Program-made: the position numbers and the translations under genes
The notes under the pieces: model-generated
Databases searched by the model: none
What the model saw: the letters and a program-made list of their open reading frames with translations, nothing else
What the model was told of the DNA's origin: nothing
Part shown: in pieces, positions 53,176-64,000 of the stretch
Numbering within the stretch: position 1 is the stretch's first letter
How the letters are laid out: every line of letters begins with the position of its first letter
Assembly: GCF_006345805.1 (NCBI RefSeq)
Contig: NC_043008.1
Span: 17,732,001 to 17,796,000, forward strand
Length of the DNA: 64,000 nt
Direction of reading: 5' to 3'
Source of the DNA: Octopus sinensis
Lineage: Eukaryota

Positions 53176-53565
53176 TCTATATATATAAAGCTGAAGTTGT
53201 GTGTGTGTGGCAGGTTTGGTAGCCTTCAACTAACACTACCTCCTCCACGACCCTGCGGCGCAAGTTGACCAAAATGGGAAGTATGATAGAAGAAGGCTTG
53301 CTCTTCCTTTCGTAGGAAATAAAGTTAAAATCGGACCATGTTAAGGCCAAAAATTATTTACATCAAAAAGGTGCTTTTTTCTATGAAAATCCCTTTTTTT
53401 TACGGTTTTTTTTACTGTTCTGTCGACATTTTTCGGTGTATTTCAACCAGAAAAATGTTCATTTAAAGAGAATAACAAGCTAAATATTGCCAAATTTTTA
53501 CTTTTCAAAAACTTCAAATCTAAAGCGTCGAAAAAAATCTGAGCAACGCCGGGCGATACTGCTAG
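53176..53565 (+). mobile_element. Non-autonomous Helitron
   Basis: A|TCTATATATATAAAG start; gagcaacgccgggcgatactgCTAG|T end. Confidence 0.9.
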
Positions 53566-54562
53566 TCAAATGCTCACTACCTGCGTTAAATGTTGTTCAA
53601 CAGTTTACAGAAGTTCTATGGAATCCCGTAATCTGAGAAAACCTATGTCTGGAAAGACTGAGAGTGAATAGTTACGGCTTCAATAATTTTGTTCGTAGAT
53701 GTGTTTGATCTGTGCCGACCTGGGGAAAAGCAATGAAAACAAATCCAGCAACCTTCGTCCCTAACAACCCCTATGAACAAAATAAATCAAAACAAAAAAA
53801 GATAATAAAATAAAACACCTGCACATGTAGATAATTCACAATAAAGGAAAGCAATTGCCTTGTACTGTTTCTACCTCGAAGCAGTGTCTGATGGACGGAG
53901 TAACCCGTGTAATATAAGAAAATAACAAAGTTCTGATTGAAGTGTACTGCGGCTTTCAACTATAAATTTCTGATACACGAATATATATTGATCAATTTGG
54001 TTATAGCATTCAGTGTAGGTCACCCCAGTTTATAGGCCTTACTGTCGAAAATTAAGTGAACTGATGTTAGTTTCAAATCAAAACACTATTTTCTAACATC
54101 TTATCTTTATTTCTCCTAAGTTCATTGCTCTATGCATTAAAAGATAAATATTAATGAAACATGTTTATATTTGATGCTTTTATCTCTACGTGTCCTAACA
54201 TAAAATTAATAGATCTCTCACTGATACATAGCACAAATATGTTTATATAATATTTATCTTTATTTCTATCTATCATTGTTACTTTTTTTAAATTTATATC
54301 ATAGTTTGCGTTACGAATATTATCTTAGTAATAATATTCCTACTTTGATAATTTCTCTGCAAATTGTCCACAATTTTTCATCATTCCGTTCAGATAAGAG
54401 CGTCATTAGAGAAAATAAATTGGTAAGAGTGAACAAAGAAACGACTGGTGAATAACTATGGAGACATTTATAAGCCAACCAAAGAACCAGTAATAAAGCT
54501 CTTACACGGTCTTTCGAGGGAGAAGGCATAGTAACCAATCTTTCCTTAGAGATAATATAATC

Positions 54563-54718
54563 GTGGTCATGTGGTAAGAAGTTTGCTTCTCAACCACATA
54601 GTTCCGGGTTCATTCTTAGTGTGTGACACCTTGGGCAGTTATCGTCTATTAAAGCCTAGCGATTACCTAAGCTTTGCGAGTAAATGTGGAGGACGGAAAT
54701 AGAAAGAAGTCAGTCGTA
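54563..54718 (+). mobile_element. SINE family B, degenerate 5' half
   Basis: gtggtaagaagtttgctt..ccgggttca..ccttgggcag. Confidence 0.75.
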
Positions 54719-54926
54719 TCCACACACACCCTCGCACACAAACATTCATATACCTCCCTTTTACATAGACACACGTACTCACACAGAGTTGAAACGCTCC
54801 CAATACCTATATGCTATCACCCCTTCTTTCCTTATTTATTTATCACCCCTTCCTTTCTAATTCATATGTTGTGACGGAGAAAAACACAAGAGTATGATTA
54901 TAGTAGATATTTCTATCCAAAGGAAG

Positions 54927-55120
54927 GCAGTGAGCTGGCAGAAACCTTAGCACGCCGGGCAAAAAACTTAGCGACGTTTTGTCCCTCTGTGCGTTCTTGT
55001 TTCAAACCCCACCAAGGCTGACTTAGCCTTTCATCGTTTCAGAGTCGATAAAAGTACCAGTCAAATACTAGGGGCCATGCAATCAATTTACCCACTTCCC
55101 TGAAATTACTGGCTTTATAT
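54927..55120 (+). mobile_element. SINE family A, degenerate
   Basis: gagctggcagaa..gcacgccgggc..gcctttcatc..gtcgataaaagtacc. Confidence 0.8.
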
Positions 55121-55462
55121 CATCATTTGAAATTTGAAACCGCTATTTCTGTCTAATATGGAGATATTGTGTGGAGATATTGTGGAATGATTTCGATAAT
55201 AGCAAATACCCAGATTGTGATTCCCCAGAGATTGCAATTTCATTTTCACTCAATTACGTAAGAAAATATGTATCTTTTCAGAGAATCAGTGAAAGTAATC
55301 AGTCAACCATTTCATTCACTTAATGTTACATCAACGTATTTTCAATTTGTTTCGGTGCATGCGTGCAATGTGACCAAATTGCTTACTAAGTTACAAACAA
55401 ACCTCTGGAATATGAGTGTATGTGTATACGTGTTTAAATTGTATATACATACAAACATACAT

Positions 55463-55870
55463 AGGAGTGGCTGTGTGGTAAGTAGCTTGCTAAACAACCA
55501 CATGGTTCCGGGTTCAATACCACTGCGTGGCATCTTGGGCAACTGTCTTCTGCTATATCCCCGGGCCGACCAATGCCTTGTGAGTGGATTTGGTAGACAG
55601 AAACTGATAGAAGCCTGTCGTATATATGTATATATATATATGTATGTGTGTGTGTTTGTGTGTCTGTGTTTGTCCCCCTAGCATTGCTTGACAACCGATG
55701 CTGGTGTGTTTACGTCCCCGTTACTTAGCGGTTCGGCAAAAGAGACTGATAGAATAAGTACTGGGCTTACAAAGAATAAGTCCCGGGGTCGATTTGCTCG
55801 ACTAAAGGCGGTGCTCCAGCATGGCCGCAGTCAAATGACTTAAACAAGTAAAAGAGTAAAGAGTAAAGAG
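55463..55870 (+). mobile_element. SINE family B, full length
   Basis: Near-consensus copy. Confidence 0.95.
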
Positions 55871-55871
55871 T

Positions 55872-55908
<37 letters not shown>

Positions 55909-55948
55909 ATATATATATATACATATATGTATATATATATATACATAC

Positions 55949-55996
<48 letters not shown>

Positions 55997-56212
55997 TATA
56001 TACACATATGTATATATATACATACATACATATATACTTACATACATACATACGTATACATATACATGTATATCGAGAGAGAGGGAGGGAGAGAAGGAGA
56101 GAAAGAGAAATTGTTAGATATATGTTATATCTTTATGTATATACACATATATATATGTGTGTGTTGGGGGGATGTATGTATGTGTGTAATACAAATAGAG
56201 AGAGAGAGAGAT

Positions 56213-56250
<38 letters not shown>

Positions 56251-57683
56251 CCATATTTCCGTGTGTTTTGACTGGATATATTAAGAATCAAAAATGTCTC
56301 TTAAATTTCAGAGAAATTGAAGTGATGTATGTTTGTCACGTTTATTCCCATTTTCAGAAAATTAGTAATTGTTTCAAATAAATTATTTTTTTAATACCTT
56401 GTAATTACTTAATATGGTTTCTATCTTTCAAATTAGTTTAACTCGTTTGCGTAAATTATTTGTTTAAAATGGTTATGAAAGGATTCCGAGTTAACGATAA
56501 AATGTTTGATAAAGTAGCATTTTCTTTTTCTATCCATTTTCCTAATACAGCTTTATAGAAATTGGTTGTATTTGCAACGGAATTGACATAACAGTAAGTG
56601 TACAGTAATCATTAAAGTGTAAGCTGCGAAAGTGTTTCAATTCCCATTAAAGCCATTTGTTTTTACCACTTCGTAAAAACTTTAAATTCAGGAATCTCTT
56701 ACTGTTTTCCTGGAAGTAGAAGTTTTTTTTTTAATGATTACAAGAAAATACTGTGTTTCTTAAGGAACATCATACTCTTGGCATTCCTTACAAAAATAGT
56801 TTCGGTCACCCTATCTAAGAAGCTCTCTGAAGTTCTTGGGCATAGCCATATATCCGTTCCAGGCTAGTAGAAACTATAAATTTAGGTATTATCTAAGAAT
56901 GCTTTCATTTCTATTTCTGGTATGTCGAACAGGTGCCTAAGAAGTATTTTAGAAGTATTTTTATACATATGTTTAAATATGCATGAGTTTATAACTGGTA
57001 TTTCTTCTAGCAAATTTAGTCAAGATCAATTTTGCTGATGTTAAGTAATGCAAAATATTGAACGAGAAATAAATAACGTATTGCCTTTAGGAGACAATAA
57101 AATATGAACCAGTTAAGTGGACGACTTCTCCTCAAAATTGATGGCCATATGCCAAAATTAGAAACATACAAAGAGAAAAAAATGATATTAGGCTATATTA
57201 CATATTTTTTCTCATCAGAATGGTAAAGAAAACATCAAAAATATTGATTACTTATTTGCTTGTAGATGATATTAATGTGTTTATATAAAGACCATATATA
57301 CGGCATGAAAATAAAAAGCGTACGTGCATGGAACAGAGTAAATTGTTTCAACTGGTTTCGGTTGAGAACTGATTCTTAACTCAAGACAAAACTTCGTCTA
57401 ACCTGGTTTCCTCTTCAATGGATTTTTAGAATCTCTATACTGAAAGACATTACTTGCCGATGTTTAGTATCGCATTTTAATTTCTAAGAACTAAACGTGA
57501 TTGAGTCAAGATCATCCTTCATCACTCTTGCCTCTGTGGAATAAGAAAAAAAACGACTAAAAACTACTACTGATTTGATCCGAAATACCTAATATTACTA
57601 AAGTAGGAAATAATGATATATATATATAGATGAATACTGACAATTATTCTAATTCTTATTTTTGTATTGTAGTTATAAGCGAT

Positions 57684-58603
57684 TCTTTTCTACTCTAGGC
57701 ATAAGATACAAAATTTTGGGGAGGGAGCCAGTCGATTAGATCGACCCAAGTACGCAATGGCATTTGATTTATCGACCATGAAAGGATAAAAAGCAAAGTC
57801 GACTTCGGACCAATTTGAACTCAGAACGTAAAGACGAATACCTATTTCTTTACTACCCATAAGGGGCTACACATAAGTACCAGATCGTAACTGGTACTTA
57901 ATTTATCGGCCCCGAAATGATGAAAGGCAAGGTCGACCTCGGTGGAATTTGAACTCGGAACGTAACGGCAGACGAAATGCCTATTTCTTTACTACCCACA
58001 AGGGGCTAAACACAGAGGGGACAAACAAGGACCGACACACGGATTAAGCTGATTTCATCGACCCCAGTGCATAACTGGTATTATTTAATCGACCCTGAAA
58101 GGATGAAAGGCTAAGTCGACCTCGGTGGAATTTGAACTCAGAACGTAGCGGCAGATGAAATACCACTAAAAATTTCGGCCGGCGTGTAAACGTTTCTTAT
58201 TTCTTCACTACCCTAAAGGGGCTACAAACAGAGGGGGATAAACAAGGACAGACAAACGGATTAAGTCGATTATATCGGCCCTAGTACGTAACTGGTACTT
58301 TTTTAATCGACCCCGAAAGGATGAAAGGCAATATCGACCCCGGCGCAGTTTGAACTCAGAACGTAGCGGCAGGCGGAATACCTATTTTTTTACTACCCAC
58401 AAGGGGCTAAACACAGAGAGGACAGACAAATGGATTAAGTCGATTACGTTGACCCCAGTGCGTAACTGGTGCTTAATTTATCGACCCCAAAAGGATGAAA
58501 GACAAAGTCGACCTCGGCAGAATTTGAACTCAGAACGTAACGGCAGACGAAGTACTGCTACACATTTCGCCCGGTGTGCTAACATTTCTGCTAGCTCACC
58601 GCC
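57684..58603 (-). mobile_element. SINE family A, five-unit concatemer
   Basis: gaactc.gaacgta at about 57818, 57952, 58134, 58352 and 58527; head at the right end. Confidence 0.93.
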
Positions 58604-58835
58604 TTGTGGCTTTAAGAGAATACAGTAAGAGTGATCACTGATAGAATCGCAGTGCACATAACTTTTACTTCAACTTCTTTAGGTTGTTGTTCTTTATATC
58701 GTTACATCATTACCTACTAATACAATAATTACCTTGAAATTATTTTCAACGAATGGACCCATAGTTAACATGTAATGTACCAGTACTATCTCTTAAAACG
58801 AGTGGTTATTCAATTTTCTAAAGTTTTAATCTATA

Positions 58836-59237
58836 GACGCAGGAGTGGCTGTGTGGTAAGTAGCTTGCTTACCAACCACATGGTTCCGGGTTCAGTCCCA
58901 CTGCGTAGCATCTTGGGCAAGTGTCTTCTACTATAGCCTCGGGCCGACCAAAGCCTTGTGAGTGGATTTGGTAGACGGAAACTGAAAGAAGCCTGTCGTA
59001 TATATGTATATATATATATATATGAGTGTGTGTGTCTGTGTTTGTCCCCCTAGCATTGCTTGACAACCGATGGTGGTGTGTTTACGTCCCCGTAACTTAG
59101 CGGTTCGGCAAAAGAGACCGATAGAATAAGTACTGGGCTTACAAAGAATAAGTCCTTGGGTCGATTTGCTCGACTAAAGGCGGTGCTCCAGCATGGCCGC
59201 AGTCAAATGACTGAAACAACTAAAAGAGTAAAAGAGT
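58836..59237 (+). mobile_element. SINE family B, full length
   Basis: Near-consensus copy. Confidence 0.95.
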
Positions 59238-59631
59238 ATGGTAGATGGTGAAGACTGACAACATTGTTCACAATATTTCATATGGTTTCACACAGAACAT
59301 TTCCATAAATAATAGTGAGATCTTATTTTATTGAACCCAGTGTAGAAGAAACAGATAGCATGTTAAGTGGAAACCGCTTATATTTCGGTTTTCATGTTGC
59401 CAATTATTTTTCATTGCTCTACAGATTAGGCACCGCGTTGTTGTCCGGTGTGAGCGGAAACTGCAATATCAGTGGATCGAACCCGAAGCAATTTGGTTGC
59501 GAACGTATCAACCACCCACACTTAACAAATGTTCCTTTTAAGAATTAGGTCCATTGGACATTAAGAATATTTACAATGGGTGTGATAAAAGTTTATTCAA
59601 TCCCATCCTCATTTTAATCTCAGAAACAGAG

Positions 59632-59853
59632 AAATATTGCCGAAGATCTTTGAATTGAGAATTCTCTCAGTTTGCCTTACATGATACAAACAAATCTTCG
59701 TATTCATTAAACCGAAATGTATTTTCTAGAAACCTAACCAAATATTCCCGAAGATCTTTGAATTGTGAATTCCCTCACTTTGCATTACATGTTACAATCA
59801 AATCTTCGTATTCATTAAACCGAAATGTATTTTCTAGAAACCTAACCAAATAT
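59632..59853. repeat. Tandem duplication, 108-bp period
   Basis: aaatatt.ccgaagatctttgaattg...ctagaaacctaacc at 59632 and 59740. Confidence 0.93.
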
Positions 59854-60281
59854 ATATATATATATTAAGGGAAGTTATCTTCTAATGTAATTAAATATTT
59901 CATCAATAATATCACTAATAGGAAAACATTAAGGTATAAAGTTTGAACTGATTAACGTTTAAACTAATAAGTAACAAAAATAATCTAAATATCTAAATGA
60001 AAAAATATTTGTCATTAATAAAAGTTAATTAGTATTTTCTCAGATGTCTTATATTGTGTATTTTCTTTCCTTTTCTATATATTTAGTTGCAAGCATATCT
60101 ATCAAATTCATAATTAATTCTATATATAATTTTTTTTTATTAATTACTTCAAGTAATTCTTTTAAGGAAAGCGTTTATAAATATACAATTTCGGAAACGT
60201 TTAAATCAGATACAAAATCATTTGAAAGCAAATAGTTGTTACACACACACACATAGGTATATATGTATGTATGTATATATA

Positions 60282-60328
<47 letters not shown>

Positions 60329-60429
60329 ATGTGTATATATATATATAAATATAATGATAATTATATTAATAAGAAGAAGAAGAAACAACAAAATAATGCG
60401 ACCTTAATAACGATTCTAGTGTCATCACC

Positions 60430-60870
60430 GCTAGGTTTAAATTGGATTAAAAAATACAGATCCTTCCAAAAAAGATGCCTTATAACTATTAAGGACCATA
60501 AAAATAAATTCCTATCTAATCCTAAATGCAGACTAATTAACCCTCTAAAATCAGAAATAGGTATTAGTGATGATTTGTTTTTTATCAGTGCTAAAGTTAG
60601 AGGTGCAACTAATTTAGTGCAATGGTCCAAAAGTATAGAAGTTGTTAACTGGTCTAAAGCAATTAGAAATAAGAATAAAACAAGATTTACGCAATATGAT
60701 ATTGTAGATTTATATGCAACTACATCTAGAAAACTGCTAGATAAAGCCCGCCATTTCGCAGGTGATTTTACAAAGATTAGTGAAGAAGATAAATATATAA
60801 TCCTCCATTCTAGAAAGACCTTACTTTTCGGCGGAAACACAGCGTGGGTCAAGACAACAGACACAGGGAA
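60430..60870 (+). pseudogene. PLE reverse transcriptase fragment (Nematis-like)
   Basis: ITIKDHKNKFLSNPKCRLINPLKSEIG..VQW..VVNW..FTQYDIVDLYA..LLDKA..IILHSRKTLLF..AWVK. Confidence 0.9.
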
Positions 60871-60994
60871 TGAAGTAAGTCGAGAATATCACACTAGAGC
60901 TGTGATATCCACATGGATTAGTTTTAACTCTACTTATTGTTTCTTTCCCGGTAAACTGGTTGTCCAAAGACTTCAAATGTAACTAGTAATTCAC

Positions 60995-61430
60995 AAAATT
61001 TGACGGTGTTCTCATGTACCTGGAGAAAAAGTTTTAATCCATAACATTTATGTTGCCATGGTTGATACCTCAGAGGATGAAGTTCCAGCTTTATCGACCG
61101 TGCCAAATGGGGGCAGCGGAATTTAAGAGGGAAAGGAAGAATCTTGAAAATGACCCAGAGTCTGGACGTCGTGTAAATTCCACCACGGAGAAAAACATTG
61201 ATCGTGTTCACTACATGGTGATGGATGAGAGGCGATTGAGTATAAATGGGACAGCCAATGTTATTAGCATATTCTGAGAGTAAGTCGAGAATATTCTCTA
61301 CAATGAATTTAGCATGACTAAGTTTTCTGTTCAGTGGGTGGTCACGTCTTCTGGCACCTGATCAAAAGCTCACCAGGTTAATCACATCACGGTAATATCT
61401 GATATTGTTTGAGGCAGATCTAGCCGGTAA
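60995..61430 (+). pseudogene. Mariner transposase remnant
   Basis: AAEFKRERKNLENDPESGR..TTEKNIDRVHYMVMDERRLSI..VENILYNEF.M.K.SVQWV..LLAPDQK. Confidence 0.9.
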
Positions 61431-62620
61431 CTTGCTCAAAATAATAGACACGAGAACATAAACTCTAAATCTGATACCGTTAGAATCTATTGATACGTTA
61501 TTCACATTATCATATATCGATTCAAGCTATACTTGCATGCACTATACTTAGCATGCACTGGGTTCTTTGTTTCATTGTAATCATTTATGAAACCTACATA
61601 GCTTTAAAAAAATTTAATGCAACTGTTGTATAATGCGAAAGCTTTAACCGGAGTAGTTATATATCAAAGTAACGATGCTTAGCAGATAGATATGGAATCA
61701 GTAGCAATAGCCACACTTTATATAATAATCTAATATCTACTGATGGTAATCTGTTGAGTGTCCTCTAATTATGCTCCTTATAGTGAAGCATCAACAGACA
61801 TACGTTATGCGGTATGATATCATTCTAATGTGGCTCCGAACAACAGCAAACACACTTACACAAAAAGTATCTACAGACATATGTCATATAATATGACGTC
61901 GTTATATTAAAGCTTCTTACACAAAACTGTCAAAGATTGATTCAAGATTGTAGGGCTCGAGTATTTATTTTGGAACGAAGTCTTATTCCGGTAGTTAACT
62001 TCGGTATATTTTCTTCATTGCTACTACCAACATAAACGAACGATTAGTTTAAGGTGGGCACATAAATTTCATTGTGTCGACACATGGCAAATATCTCTGT
62101 ATAAAATATAAAACATAATTGCGCACAAACTCTGAGACTGTGTGTCTATTTGTTCGGTTAAACTTATCTTTTGCAACTCCATTCCGGGACTTCTTTCACT
62201 GTACAATTTCTTCCAGCTAAACACATTTCTGCCATCAAAACTGCCTCTGCTGGAGATTTTCATCTTTTATCCAGCCACGTAAGGGCCACAAAAGAATATT
62301 TGTGATGTGATTGGTTGTGTGTTAATTAATACATAAGGTTTCATACTGCAGTTGTTGGGTGGCTATAAATAACTCTAAGCTATCTCTCTTTGCATGTAGA
62401 ATAACCTCTTGTAGATCAAAGGTTGATTTCAGGTTAATGTTATTCATTTCAAATTAATCACGCTGCTGAGCCTTGGGAAATACTTAAACGTCAACATTTT
62501 CCGTTTAACTTCATAAAAATATGCAAACAACGTGCCTTGTCGGAATTTTAGTGCACTTAATTCTTATTTCAGTCGAAATACAAAGTGGGCTACATATTCC
62601 TGATTCTCATAATTACTCAT

Positions 62621-62660
62621 GTGGAGGCGCAATGGCCCAGTGATTAGGGCAATGGACTCG
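62621..62660 (+). mobile_element. SINE family C head only
   Basis: gtggaggcgcaatggcccagtgattagggcaatggactcg. Confidence 0.65.
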
Positions 62661-63334
62661 AAGCAAACTATTGTTAGATGCAACAGATATGAATGATCTT
62701 GCATTTTTCTAAGCAACCACTTCCCTATTTCAGACAACTAGTGTTTGTGATGCTGTTATGTGTTGGTATATCTCAGGCAATATGGAGGAAACTGCATAAG
62801 ATAACAAACAGAGTAACGGTGTTAGTAGTCTAGGTAGGAAGGAACATCATGGAATAATATTCCTTTCATTACTGCATCGAAACGACAATGCCCTCACCCT
62901 CAAAACCTTCATAGTTACATCCATGGTCAAGGGTCTTGTTTAAAAGCTAAAGTATAAGGGTATCTTAGTATTATTAATTATAAAGTAGCAGGGAATGACA
63001 ATGTGGAGAGGGCAGACATCTGTAAATATGGATCGCTTACGAATTGCTTGCGACAAGATTGGTCTTCGTATAATTTCTCGACTCAAAACTCGTAATATGA
63101 TACGCTTTATCTGCTACGGCGAGCGCTATCAAAACATACATACACACACATTTATGTGTGTGTGTGTGTGCGTGTGTACGTGTAATGTAAGTCCATATAT
63201 GTATGTATATATAAGTTCAAGACTGATTGTTTAAAATCATTTCTAAAGAATCCAGTATAATGTTGATTGTTTTTCTACGTCCACTGTTGAATTATATCTA
63301 TAACAAAATCTCGCTGCCGAATAATTTAACAACT

Positions 63335-63585
63335 CTGAAGAGATAAATTTTCATCAGTTTGGACGGACATTTCACTTAAAAGGTAATATTTTTACCTAGG
63401 CGTCCTTCGGTAATGCAAATCAGGTCAATAAATCTTGAAGCTTCTGTCTGTATGTATTGACACATACCAAAATAGAGTTGCTAGTCAAACACTGGAGAAC
63501 TTTAGTTGTGTTTGCTTATACCACTTTTTGTTCTTTTTTTCTGATAGAGTTTTATATTGCTGGCATAATTCCAGGTGAATTTAAA
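63335..63585 (-). pseudogene. RLE-type (R4/Dong-like) non-LTR retrotransposon endonuclease remnant
   Basis: IHLELCQQY..KWYKQ..TLFWYVSIHTDRS....PDL..LLSEMSVQTDENLS, against remembered consensus IHW.LC..Y..KWY.H..ILWD..I.TDR....RPDI..LID.SVP.D.N. Confidence 0.65.
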
Positions 63586-63817
63586 TCCCTATTCTGCTAT
63601 TCTTTTTCTATTTGATTTTTTTTTTATCGGCTAAACTTTACGTCTGAAAAGAGTCTCGTTTATCGTTTCACATAGATACTGTATCGAGTTTCATTACAGG
63701 CTGTTGGCGATTCCACATATGAAGTATTTAATCCAGTGATTACAATCAAGAATGTTTCGGCCTCTTATGAGACTATGTAGAGTTCTTTGCTTTTTTAGGT
63801 TTTGTTAATTTTTCTTT

Positions 63818-64000
63818 GTGGAGGCGAGTGGCTTAGTGGTTAGGGTGTCAGCATCATGATCGTAAGATTGTGGTTCCGATTCTGGACCGGGCGACGCGTT
63901 TTGTTCTTGAGCAAAGCACTTTATTTCACGTTACTTCAGTCCACCCAGCTGGCAAAAATGAGTAACGCTGCGATGTACTAGCGCCCGTCCAGCTGGGGAA
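63818..64000 (+). mobile_element. SINE family C-related, runs off the window
   Basis: gtggaggcgagtggcttagtggttaggg..gttccgattc..gctgcgatgtactagcgcccgtccagctgggg. Confidence 0.85.

Noticed and set aside
60263-60982. 239-aa ORF as a functional gene
   Set aside because: Starts in a microsatellite; the RT fragment has an internal deletion and ends before the catalytic DD motif.

Overview
Eukaryotic, AT-rich, repeat-saturated DNA. The SINE families and microsatellite load look like an octopus genome (inference from remembered families, no search run). There is no prokaryotic system, CRISPR array, rRNA or true tRNA gene, and no intact long CDS; nearly all ORF-track entries are microsatellite translations. 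Content: about 30 copies of three tRNA-derived SINE families (Meta-like, CORE-like, V-like), two lineages of Penelope-like elements (PLEs), a Tx1/L1-type LINE, an RTE LINE with a twin-priming 5' inversion, an R4/Dong-like RLE remnant, five mariner remnants, an internally deleted Buster/Charlie hAT, and two or three non-autonomous Helitrons. A few strong splice-site pairs on the minus strand (38580-38615, 37747-37911, a 5-nt microexon at 7077-7081) suggest much of the window is intron of an unidentified host gene. Most notable: (i) four minimal dimer-type hammerhead ribozyme motifs in PLE pseudo-LTRs, two sharing a non-canonical A6U core; (ii) a CpG-rich ACCGG-pentamer foldback structure at 44.3-45.6 kb whose arms share diagnostic variants; (iii) SINE concatemers with the same junction at independent loci; (iv) the twin-primed RTE. 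I cannot claim a new biological system from sequence alone.
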